A stretch of 35,747 bases of DNA from Hydrurus foetidus (lineage: Eukaryota), in contig UYFQ01000741.1 in the NCBI GenBank assembly GCA_900617105.1, positions 1-35,747 on the forward strand. The letters run 5' to 3'. The translations under genes were made by a program, and so were the position numbers. Shown in pieces: positions 14,086 to 27,393 of this stretch; the first letter of the stretch is position 1; every line of letters begins with the position of its first letter. The notes below the pieces were generated by a model. It saw nothing but the letters and a program-made list of their open reading frames with translations, made no database searches and had not been told where the DNA came from.

Positions 14086-14619
14086 TGATTGGCTTTTCGT
14101 GAAAACCGTAAATGCGTTCCCTTGATTCCTCACCGTTTACTCGTTCAGTAAACGTTCAGCTGTGAGATCAAATATTGAACAGTGAATCTTTATCCTTGTA
14201 AATGTGTTCTGTGTCCTTATCTGTGAGTCTCAGATCAAATAGGCGCGCTTTCCTATTTGACGAGACCTCTTGGATGAAGGAAGGTTGTGAGTTGTCGAAA
14301 CTTCTCAACTTAGTTACGTGATAAAGAAGTATGCGATGGTAGACTAGCTGTTGACTACATGTCTACATCCATACTACTCTCGTCTTGTCAGTTGACGAAA
14401 GTAAAAACGTGGACTTGCACTTTCGTATCTTGAAGTAAAGATTCGTACGCATTATAAAAACGGTGCGTACATAAGCGTGAGTAAAAACAGGAAAACCATG
14501 TGATTTGATCCCCAGCGAAATGCAGGCCGGCACGCTCCGCTAACCACTACACCAATGAGGTGATGTCGAGAAGCCATTATATATCAACATATACTCCTGT
14601 TAATACTTCATACCGAACA
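14086..14619 (-). repeat. 3' LTR of Copia element 1
   Basis: Matches 19607-20140 except A/G at 14555/20076 (by eye). A purine-rich AAGGGG PPT-like tract lies just inside (about 14622-14628, minus strand). Confidence 0.96.
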
Positions 14620-14856
14620 TACCCCTTAATGCGGCGTAGCTTTCCAAGATTATTCGAAAATTCATGGTGCTGGCGAGGGGGGTCTAAAAAAAAATTGATG
14701 GCTCTCATGATCGAAAACGCAAATTCTTGGCACAAATCGCGAGCTCGACGCTGCGCACTTCTCAGCAATCGACACAATTTAATCCACAATAGAAGGCTGC
14801 ACACTTCTTGTATATATATACCGTCGGAAGCACTGTGGCCACGGTGAGCAAGACGG

Positions 14857-17800
14857 TTATAGCTGCAGTTGTGAAGTAGATAGCTGGCGTGTACAGTCCG
14901 ATCCATTCTGCAGCAGCTGTCTCTTGGGAATTTCTACTGGTTCTGGGGTATGCAGCGATTGGAACTTGGGATTTTGCAGTGGCTCTGGGTGTTGCAGATG
15001 TTTTCTTTTGGGACTTTCAACTGGTCCCACAGCTTTGGGTGCCCCAGTCATAGCAGCAGCGAACTTCAAATATAATGAACCATGCAGGGGCTTCGTCAAA
15101 ATATCTGCGACCATCTCTGCTGTCGGTAAATAATCGACCACAATTTCTTTGGCTTCGATGTAGTGTGACACGAAAAAATATCTAATTTTAATATGTCTGC
15201 TTCTGTCACTTGTAGATCTGCCCTTACTCGCAAGAAATATAGTGCTTTGGTTGTCCTGATATATCAAAGCTGGTCCAAGAGACAATCCTTGCTGAAGAAG
15301 AAACTCCCTCGACCACAGTATCTGAGACAAAGCGTCCGATATACCGACGAGTTCCGATTCAGTGGATGACCTGGTAACGATCTTTTGCTTAGAACTCTTG
15401 ACATATATGGTTGCTCCTCCTAACATTATCACAATTCCTGTCACTGACTTCCCATCTTCGTATACTCCAAATGATGAATCAACATAGGCTCTCAGCTGCA
15501 GCTTGCTCCCAATCTTGAGTATAAGTTGCTGATGTTGAGTACCGAGTAGGAAGCCTAATATCCTGTCCAGCTTCTTGGAGTCTTCCTCAGTTGGGAACAG
15601 GACTCGAGTTGCGCAGAAGGATACTGCTGTTAGTATATCGGGCCTTGTTCTCTTAGCAAGGTAGTGTAGTGTCATCACACATGAATGGAACGACTCCCTT
15701 CTGATTTTCCCCAACAAAGGGCTGTTTGAATCGTTTAAGAATAGTCTATCAGTTGCTGGTGTGCTCTTCTTCTTCTTGACTTGAAATTTACTGATTACAT
15801 CTTTCACATATCCTTCCATAGACAACGCCGCCTGACCTTTGGTGCTAAAGTCCCAGTGTATCCCAAGGAAATCATGCTGCAGTCCTGTCTTCACAGTAAC
15901 AGTCGGATACTTTGCTCCTAGCGCATCAGCGATCTTCTGCAGAGCGTCTGTACTACTTGAGGTAATGAATAAGTCGTCAACATACACAAGTATTTTATCC
16001 ATTGCACCATCGCTCATTCTTGTAAACGAACATATGTCGTAGGGATTCCTCTGGAACCCCAACTGCTCGAGAGTTGATGAAAGTTCTCGGTACCAGAGCA
16101 CAGCACTCTGTACACATCCGTACAGAGCCTTCTTCAGCCGCACAGCGATCTTCCCGTCCTTTCTGATGTATCTCCTGTACTTGGAGTCGATGGTGCACAG
16201 GATTTCACTGACTTCGGGTGACAACATCATTTCTACTGGGGGGCCTTCCATGCTCGCATTCAAATACGCAGCTTTGTGATCAAGTGTCATGACGTGATGT
16301 CCTTCTCTTGCTGCGAGTGCAGCCATAGCAATGACTGAGGTGAGGGCCACTGTTGGTGAAGAAATTTCATTATCTTCGTAAAGTGATCGATCCTGTCTAT
16401 GGCCTCCTGCCACAATTCTTCCTTTAATTTTATCAATGTCACCATTAGGTAACTTCTTGGGAGTCAGGAACATTCTGGAAGGGATCGCACCTCTTCTAAT
16501 GTAACTTGGCTCAAGGTATTCCCACACATCTTTCTTAATGCACATTCGCAACTCTTCATCAGTAGCCTTGTCTGATAATTCTCTTCCAAACACTTTTCTT
16601 GCAGCTTGAATAGAGAACGTTGAATAGACATGCTTGTCTCGAGTTGATGCTCTGAGATTGTACCCTTTGTTGATGGTATTCCTCACAGTGACCAGCTCTG
16701 CAGCTTGTGTGACTGTTCTGTCAGGGATCTCCAATAGCTCCTCTTGTATCTTCAGTTGGTTGTCCTCTTGAAGAAGTGTTTCGCTTTCAACGTCGATCAT
16801 GTCTTGCTGTAGTCCTTCAAATGTTACAGCTCTCTCTATGGTCTCGACTGCAACAGCCATTTCTCCACTTTTATCTGCCACTGGGGCCGATTCGCTTGCT
16901 AAGGAGTCTGCAGTAACAATATCAGTAACCATTTCGTTCTGTGGAAACTGTTCGTTCTGCTCTCGCTCTGGCTCTACCCCTCGAGTCGGATCCAGTGCAT
17001 AGCGAGGATTAGGATTTTGTAGCGGCGCTTCTACTTCACTTGAGATAGGGCGTGTGCTTGTTACACCTGCCAGTTGTGACAGTCGCAGGATGGCTGCGTT
17101 GGTCAATAGTGCTGGTCTGAATGTGTCACCCGTGATTTCTCTAAGTGTATCAAGGTTTAAGCAGCGATGTGTCCCAGCCAGATTATGGGTAAGCATATGC
17201 ATCTGGCTTGTCCCAAGCCAGATGCAGTAGTCTCCCCGAGGAGCTGCAGTATTGCTCAGTGGCCCTTGTACTCGTTGCAGAAAGCCAGCTGTACCAAACG
17301 TAGCATCTTTTGCAAAGTTGGGGATTCTTCCCATAAATGCGGTATGTGCTGGTAAGTGTCCAACAGCATTGACTTTTGGAACCATGTTTGCTGTGTGCAC
17401 GACGAATGCAATCAATGCAGCTGCCAATTTTGATGGTAGCGGATATGGTAAACTGTACATTGTTGACCTTGCTTTATTTTTGATATGTCTTATAGCAGCT
17501 TCAGCATGGGGAGTATGGGACCCATGACCAAGAATATTCAATTCGACACCAAGGGCCTCCACATCGGAACGTACGGCTCGAACGGATGCTTCGCCATCAC
17601 TCGTCACACGTTTAATTGAAAACCCTTTCTCAGCGTATTGGTTGATGTGCATAAGTAATGAACTTCCAGCCTTGGATTTTGCACCATCGCCATGAGACAC
17701 CCTTGCTTCCTTGCTCCGATCGACTCCGGGACCCAAATGCGTTACCATTATCAGACCAAGCAGGACTGAAATGCTAATGAAGAAGGCTTGTCCTAGGAAG

Positions 17801-19434
17801 AAGAAGAGGTCCACTTGAAGCTCTTGTTCTACTGATTCGTGTAAAGGTATGGGATCGTCTTCTGCTGGTGCGTTCTTTCTTTGTGTCCCTTGTCCCAACT
17901 GATATGCCGCTGGTGTTCCATATATATCTTGTGCGTTCACTAGGTCGGACCGAGTGAATCCTAAGTCATTGATGCTGCCACGCTGAACGACTTCTGCGGC
18001 TGATTTATAACTGATAAAGCCCATGCGGATAATGAACTCATATGCCTTCCTGGCGTTGATCAGCTGCCTTTTGCTGTACTTCGCAGCCTTCTCGTTGACA
18101 CTTGTGAAGTACGTGTTCACCACTGTGGTCAAGTCGAGTATGTAGTGGCCATTAATGCACCCGAATACAAGCACTGGTCCGAGCACGAATGGAGTGGCAA
18201 CAAATGTATCGTCGCTCTCTCTGTATTGGACGCTGTGCGTTTGCAGCAACCTCTGATAGCTTAAAATATTGGCTGCTACGGTTGTGTCATGGTATGCATC
18301 GATACCTATTGTTTGGATCCTCCCCATCAAGGTAACTTTAGTCCGATCTCCTGTGATGCCCTGTACTGTTATCGCATGAGGTGACGTGGTCACATCGATC
18401 AGTAAGTCTGGATTTGAAATTAAGTGTATGCTTGCTTGTGTGTCCAGCATCAGCACTGAACTGTAGTCCGTCTTTGCTCTCGACACAAACACTGACACAA
18501 TGTTTTTATCTTCAGGGACATCTGGTATGTGGTCTTCATGTTCTGGTCGGAAGCTCTCGATGGTGGCGAGAAAAATGCTTGCATCCTCCGTGGCATCCAT
18601 GAACTGTACAACTTTTAACGGACAAGCTGAAGACCGGTGGCCTTTCTTCCCACAATTCCAGCAAATAATATCTGCTGGTTTGATGGGTTCGTACTTTGTG
18701 GGTGCTTCGGGTGCAGGTCTGCCCTGTCCTCTTCCTTGACCTCTTCCTTGACCTCTGCCTTGGCCTCTTCCTTGACCTCTTCCGCGGCCTCTTGTCGATC
18801 TCCCGCGTCCTCTGCCCTGACTAGTACGTCCAAGGTCAGTTTCATCTGCCATTGCCTCATCAGTCGTCGACAAGTATACACCATGGAGATTCACTCCGCC
18901 GATACCCCTGAATCTTATTACTTGTGTATCTTTGATCTCCTTCCAGAGAGTTGCGGGGTGCTCGGGGAGCTCAGCGATACCTCGGCGTTCGTTGTCCAAG
19001 TAGTCCCTTACGAGCGATGTGTACCGTGCCATGTCTAATCGGTTGAGGATACCAATTACAAGCTCCTCGTTGGGAATCTCCAATAGACCGACTGATGTCC
19101 TTTCAAGCTGATAATCTTCTACACGCTTCCTGAACGCAAAGCTGGTTTCATTGGCTTGCATCCTCATATTTGCCCATATGGTCCGAACCCTCTCCATGTC
19201 TTGGCCAGGATTTCCACTTTGTCTTGATATGTGTGTAGCCCGGATTCTTGTGATTAAATAGAGTAGATCCCTTGCTAGGAAGTTGTCGGCCCAATCTTCG
19301 TGATCTTGCACCTCACTCCTTGATGATTCGCTTAGTTGGGAGTAAACTAATGCGAATATTGCTTTCTTGTGGTCTTCCGTCTTTTTCATCTCGGTCTTCC
19401 ACTCTTTCCTGTCATTTGTGTAGTCGGCGATCAT
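14857..19434 (-). CDS. Gag-Pol polyprotein (1525 aa): gag, RG repeats, CCHC knuckle, protease, integrase, reverse transcriptase, RNase H
   Basis: CWNCGKKGHRSSAC (18622-18663); protease MLDTQAS; integrase D-D-E in VDLFF / TSDGE / HAEAAIRHIK; RT KGRIVAGG, LDHKAAYLNA, LKKALYGCVQSAVLWY, YVDDL; RNase H AYVDSSFG, SSTESE, YQDNQS, MVADILTKPL. Confidence 0.96.
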   Translation of the reverse strand: MIADYTNDRKEWKTEMKKTEDHKKAIFALVYSQLSESSRSEVQDHEDWADNFLARDLLYLITRIRATHISRQSGNPGQDMERVRTIWANMRMQANETSFAFRKRVEDYQLERTSVGLLEIPNEELVIGILNRLDMARYTSLVRDYLDNERRGIAELPEHPATLWKEIKDTQVIRFRGIGGVNLHGVYLSTTDEAMADETDLGRTSQGRGRGRSTRGRGRGQGRGQGRGQGRGQGRGQGRPAPEAPTKYEPIKPADIICWNCGKKGHRSSACPLKVVQFMDATEDASIFLATIESFRPEHEDHIPDVPEDKNIVSVFVSRAKTDYSSVLMLDTQASIHLISNPDLLIDVTTSPHAITVQGITGDRTKVTLMGRIQTIGIDAYHDTTVAANILSYQRLLQTHSVQYRESDDTFVATPFVLGPVLVFGCINGHYILDLTTVVNTYFTSVNEKAAKYSKRQLINARKAYEFIIRMGFISYKSAAEVVQRGSINDLGFTRSDLVNAQDIYGTPAAYQLGQGTQRKNAPAEDDPIPLHESVEQELQVDLFFFLGQAFFISISVLLGLIMVTHLGPGVDRSKEARVSHGDGAKSKAGSSLLMHINQYAEKGFSIKRVTSDGEASVRAVRSDVEALGVELNILGHGSHTPHAEAAIRHIKNKARSTMYSLPYPLPSKLAAALIAFVVHTANMVPKVNAVGHLPAHTAFMGRIPNFAKDATFGTAGFLQRVQGPLSNTAAPRGDYCIWLGTSQMHMLTHNLAGTHRCLNLDTLREITGDTFRPALLTNAAILRLSQLAGVTSTRPISSEVEAPLQNPNPRYALDPTRGVEPEREQNEQFPQNEMVTDIVTADSLASESAPVADKSGEMAVAVETIERAVTFEGLQQDMIDVESETLLQEDNQLKIQEELLEIPDRTVTQAAELVTVRNTINKGYNLRASTRDKHVYSTFSIQAARKVFGRELSDKATDEELRMCIKKDVWEYLEPSYIRRGAIPSRMFLTPKKLPNGDIDKIKGRIVAGGHRQDRSLYEDNEISSPTVALTSVIAMAALAAREGHHVMTLDHKAAYLNASMEGPPVEMMLSPEVSEILCTIDSKYRRYIRKDGKIAVRLKKALYGCVQSAVLWYRELSSTLEQLGFQRNPYDICSFTRMSDGAMDKILVYVDDLFITSSSTDALQKIADALGAKYPTVTVKTGLQHDFLGIHWDFSTKGQAALSMEGYVKDVISKFQVKKKKSTPATDRLFLNDSNSPLLGKIRRESFHSCVMTLHYLAKRTRPDILTAVSFCATRVLFPTEEDSKKLDRILGFLLGTQHQQLILKIGSKLQLRAYVDSSFGVYEDGKSVTGIVIMLGGATIYVKSSKQKIVTRSSTESELVGISDALSQILWSREFLLQQGLSLGPALIYQDNQSTIFLASKGRSTSDRSRHIKIRYFFVSHYIEAKEIVVDYLPTAEMVADILTKPLHGSLYLKFAAAMTGAPKAVGPVESPKRKHLQHPEPLQNPKFQSLHTPEPVEIPKRQLLQNGSDCTRQLSTSQLQL

Positions 19435-19596
19435 AACCTTGCCAACGTTAGTATTTGGGATGGGATCTGCCTCGGCCGGCCCACCTTCGGTGCCCTCTCA
19501 TTTCTTGTCCGCGTCCGGACATTTGAGCAGATCCTCTCTGCGGCCAGATGCTCTCTGGACTCTTCAACTTAGCGGAAGCTATCGCGCTAAGGTGGT

Positions 19597-19607
19597 TACT
19601 TCTTTAT
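19597..19607 (-). promoter_or_regulatory. Non-tRNA primer-binding-site position, complementary to LTR-internal 19842-19852 (candidate self-priming site)
   Basis: + strand 19597-19607 tacttctttat is the exact reverse complement of 19842-19852 ataaagaagta. No TGG-type PBS abuts the 5' LTR. Confidence 0.65.
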
Positions 19608-20140
19608 GATTGGCTTTTCGTGAAAACCGTAAATGCGTTCCCTTGATTCCTCACCGTTTACTCGTTCAGTAAACGTTCAGCTGTGAGATCAAATATTGAA
19701 CAGTGAATCTTTATCCTTGTAAATGTGTTCTGTGTCCTTATCTGTGAGTCTCAGATCAAATAGGCGCGCTTTCCTATTTGACGAGACCTCTTGGATGAAG
19801 GAAGGTTGTGAGTTGTCGAAACTTCTCAACTTAGTTACGTGATAAAGAAGTATGCGATGGTAGACTAGCTGTTGACTACATGTCTACATCCATACTACTC
19901 TCGTCTTGTCAGTTGACGAAAGTAAAAACGTGGACTTGCACTTTCGTATCTTGAAGTAAAGATTCGTACGCATTATAAAAACGGTGCGTACATAAGCGTG
20001 AGTAAAAACAGGAAAACCATGTGATTTGATCCCCAGCGAAATGCAGGCCGGCACGCTCCGCTAACCACTACACCAGTGAGGTGATGTCGAGAAGCCATTA
20101 TATATCAACATATACTCCTGTTAATACTTCATACCGAACA
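19607..20140 (-). repeat. 5' LTR of Copia element 1
   Basis: 534-bp direct repeat; the minus strand begins TGTTCGG and ends CCAATCA; flanked by TSD CAATC. Confidence 0.96.
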
Positions 20141-20332
20141 CAATCTCCAATCTTTCATGTTTCATCCAGTCTGATTGGATTGATAGCACAACTCACAATA
20201 AGACGTGTTTCAGCCAAGTTTTTTGTCTGGCTGCAGCCTCTCAAGCATCGGATTAGAGGTGCCATGCTGCATCTATTGAGCAATCTTTCCGCCCAGTAAC
20301 GGCATTACCGGGAGCAGAAGGGGGCGAAAGTC

Positions 20333-24815
<4,483 letters not shown>

Positions 24816-24849
24816 AGTCCTGCTTATTTGAAAAGTGATCGTATTAAGA

Positions 24850-24998
24850 ATGATAACAGTGATAATAATAGTAGTAGTAATAATAATAATGATGATAATA
24901 ATAGTAATCATAATAATAATAATAATAATAATAATGATAATAATGAAAAGAGAGTATTGTAGTAATAATAGTAGTAATAATAATAATAATAGTAGTAG
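24850..24998. repeat. (AAT/AGT)n trinucleotide microsatellite
   Basis: aataataat/agtagt runs 3' of the ankyrin gene stop, at the truncation point of the hAT-like fragment. Confidence 0.9.
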
Positions 24999-24999
24999 A

Positions 25000-25646
25000 C
25001 TGTCATTATTTCCACAAAATGTCGGCAACAGCTGTTGCTCGCACCATTTGAATATGTTATTCGTCTTCTTGTCGACCTTAACAAAATTTAGCATGTTCGC
25101 AACAACGTCTTCCCGATTGTCGTAGATCGTCTGGTAGTTCGGAATGCACAGGAGTAAATGGGACTTCAAATTCGAGCCCCCATTAGCGCAGATTATTGAG
25201 AACGATCGGTTCGGACTGGTGCATAATCTGTTCGTGATGGCTTCGCAATTGCACGAGAAATGATTCTTTATCTTTCCTCCGAATGGGATGTCAGGGCCTT
25301 TGGTGAAGAAGAACAAAGCAATTTCCTTGCCGAAGGACATCCTTCTGCTGTATGAGACAGGTAATGCGGTTAAAAGTCACTTGAATGTGACTCCATTATG
25401 TGATTGTTGACTGTAGAAGGCCATTAGATCAGGAGTTGAGTGTACCGATCACACTTAAGTGCATGTGCATTTAATTGAAATATTTAAATGTCCTTCAATA
25501 TTATTGCATTTAAATGTCATCCAGAAACACTTATTAGTTACATTTAAATGCGCTTAAGTATTAAGTGTGTCATCATTTAAATCGGTGAGCACTCATTTAA
25601 TGTGTTCACTTAAATGTTACCCACATTAATTGTTTACTCAAGCCTG
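25000..25646 (-). mobile_element. 5' remnant of a hAT-like DNA transposon (terminus, subterminal repeats, transposase N-terminus)
   Basis: ATG 25340 gives MSFGKEIALFFFT..CNC..GGSNLKSHL..PNY..FVKVDKKTNNIFKWCE..LPTFC, resembling from memory the BED-finger region of oomycete-type hAT-like transposases. The minus strand begins CAGG at 25646. 25450-25630 is packed with catttaaatg/cttaag palindromic motifs. Confidence 0.6.
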
Positions 25647-25910
25647 CCTACGCAGCAAAAAAATGTCTGATTCTATTCCGCTATCTGAGTTGAGTCCCTA
25701 TGGGGGAGATTTTCCTATGGGGGAAATAAACACAGTGTTATCTTACAAAGCGGGTGCGCTTGTGCGCCTGGGCTCACCCGTCCGCCCTCCCCTGGTGTTC
25801 GGACCGCCAAACCACACTCGGGTACTGGGGCGGACCTTGGGTCAGAATTCCCTTCACCTGAACCATGCCAAGGGTCTGATCCCGCTTGGACTCCACTGCA
25901 ACTCTGCTCC

Positions 25911-27116
25911 TTATACCTCGACTCTTCTCGCCGGGGGTATCAGCCTTCTTATGTCTTCGACCGTCGGCTTGTGTCCGCCGACTAAGCTGTTAGAAGCGAG
26001 TGGGCCGATACCCACGCCGTAATCATACGTGAGATTCATCACCTGGGAATTTGGTGCGTAATTCCCTCTGTCCCTCCGGTCGTCCTCTGACGCGCCTATA
26101 CAGCGCATCTCCATGATTACCCCCTTCCTTAGGGAGTGCGAACTGAAGTAGTTAGGGTCGGGGTCGTTCTCCTCACACGCATTCTTGAGAGCCTGCCGAA
26201 CATCCTTGGCCCGCATTTTCACGTGGATGCACCCTTCGCAACGGTAGCTGAACAGCTCATCCTTGCTTGTGCTTCCGCCATGCACGATGAAGTCGATGAG
26301 GTCGTCGAGAAACCTGCTCTCCTCCACGGACCGGCGACGGACGATCTTCGGCTTTATCAGCGCCTTCCCCTTGGCGGTTGCACCGGTGGCCCTGCACTCC
26401 ACGACGTTCGGTCTACCAGCCACGCCGCCCGCAAGTCCGAGTCCGGCAAGCTCACTGCCGTAAAGGCTCCTGGTACCACTGGGAAAGACTGCTACGAAGA
26501 TCAAATCGTCCAGTCGAACGCAATGGTCGACACCTCCAGGCTCAGGAGTCGTATACTCCGATACACGTGCTCCCATCTCGAATGCCCACATACACCCGAT
26601 GTATGTCATGCGTTCCCGCATGTCCGCGCCTGCCCACCCGCGCCCTGTCCACATCCTCGCTCTGATACCCGCCAGTATGCTCTCGCACACAGGCAGCTTG
26701 ACGCTGGCCGCTGCACTGCTGTCCTTCCTCTCCCGGAGCTCCTCGGGCTTAAGTTTGCAGGCAGCCCTTGCGGTGGCGATTACTGGCGAGTCGAAGAAGT
26801 CTATCGAGAGTCCTTGCTGGGCGAAACGCATGCGAACGGCTGCTGTAAACGAGGTCGCCTGCTTACCCCTCAGACCCTGCTCGTGCTTCCTCAGCATCAT
26901 AATCGCTACCAGGGCCGCCTTCTCCTCGTCCCCTGCGCTACTCACGTACGGGTCGTCCTCGTCGACCTCGCTGTTAAGGAAAGAAGTCCACTGCCCCCAA
27001 CACTTGTCGTACACGCGGTTGGTGTTAGGCAGCACTGAGCTACCGAGGAACCGGGCCAGCTCCTGCCGGCTCTGGGCCGACACCACTCCTCCGACTCCTG
27101 TGATTGTAACATTCAA
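25911..27116 (-). CDS. Tyrosine recombinase (phage-integrase family) of a YR retrotransposon
   Basis: N-terminal core-binding-like T.RVYDKCWGQWTSFL; catalytic R in FEMGARVSEY; HxxR in SSHSLRKG; RGNYAPNSQVMNLTY supplies the nucleophile Tyr. The start codon is unresolved (TTG at 27116). Confidence 0.9.
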   Translation of the reverse strand: MNVTITGVGGVVSAQSRQELARFLGSSVLPNTNRVYDKCWGQWTSFLNSEVDEDDPYVSSAGDEEKAALVAIMMLRKHEQGLRGKQATSFTAAVRMRFAQQGLSIDFFDSPVIATARAACKLKPEELRERKDSSAAASVKLPVCESILAGIRARMWTGRGWAGADMRERMTYIGCMWAFEMGARVSEYTTPEPGGVDHCVRLDDLIFVAVFPSGTRSLYGSELAGLGLAGGVAGRPNVVECRATGATAKGKALIKPKIVRRRSVEESRFLDDLIDFIVHGGSTSKDELFSYRCEGCIHVKMRAKDVRQALKNACEENDPDPNYFSSHSLRKGVIMEMRCIGASEDDRRDRGNYAPNSQVMNLTYDYGVGIGPLASNSLVGGHKPTVEDIRRLIPPARRVEV

Positions 27117-27190
27117 CAGGTGAAGGGGTTACGAGCGTAGACAACGCGAAGCGGAACGATAGTTAGGTAGAGCTATAGCGTGTGGGTTTG

Positions 27191-27340
27191 ACTCGGGACT
27201 CGGACGGAGGGTGCTTCCTAACTCGGACTGATGGCGCTCCTCATCTCGGACGGAAGGTGAGGTGGTTCTGCAACGTGTCAATTGGACTCAAGATCCAGAC
27301 TGATGGTGCTCCTGGCCTCGGGCTGATGGTGCTGCTCCAG
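27191..27340. repeat. Degenerate ~20-bp direct repeats (about 5 copies) between RNase H and YR
   Basis: actcggacggagggtgcttcc, actcggactgatggcgctcc, ctcggacggaaggtg, ccagactgatggtgctcc, ctcgggctgatggtgctgc. Confidence 0.7.
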
Positions 27341-27393
27341 TTCTTAATCGATTGACGAGACGATGTCATCTTACGGGTGCATGGTCCCTGCTC

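Larger units (their letters stand above)
14086..20140 (-). mobile_element. Ty1/Copia LTR retrotransposon with both LTRs, recent insertion (resembles diatom CoDi-type Copia)
   Basis: Two 534-bp direct repeats with TG...CA ends, 5-bp TSD CAATC (14081-14085 and 20141-20145), and a single gag-pol ORF in Copia order PR-IN-RT-RH. Confidence 0.97.

Noticed and set aside
14560..14906. ORFs of 95 and 109 aa at the 3' LTR junction as an extra or env-like gene
   Set aside because: Short, crossing the LTR boundary, with no motifs or transmembrane segment.
25697..25724. 11-bp direct repeat cctatggggga as a target-site duplication
   Set aside because: The copies are 6 bp apart and do not flank an element; YR elements do not normally make TSDs.
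27228..27335. Repeated CTGATG as hammerhead ribozyme cores
   Set aside because: All read CTGATGG rather than CTGANGA, and no GAAA or stem arrangement fits.
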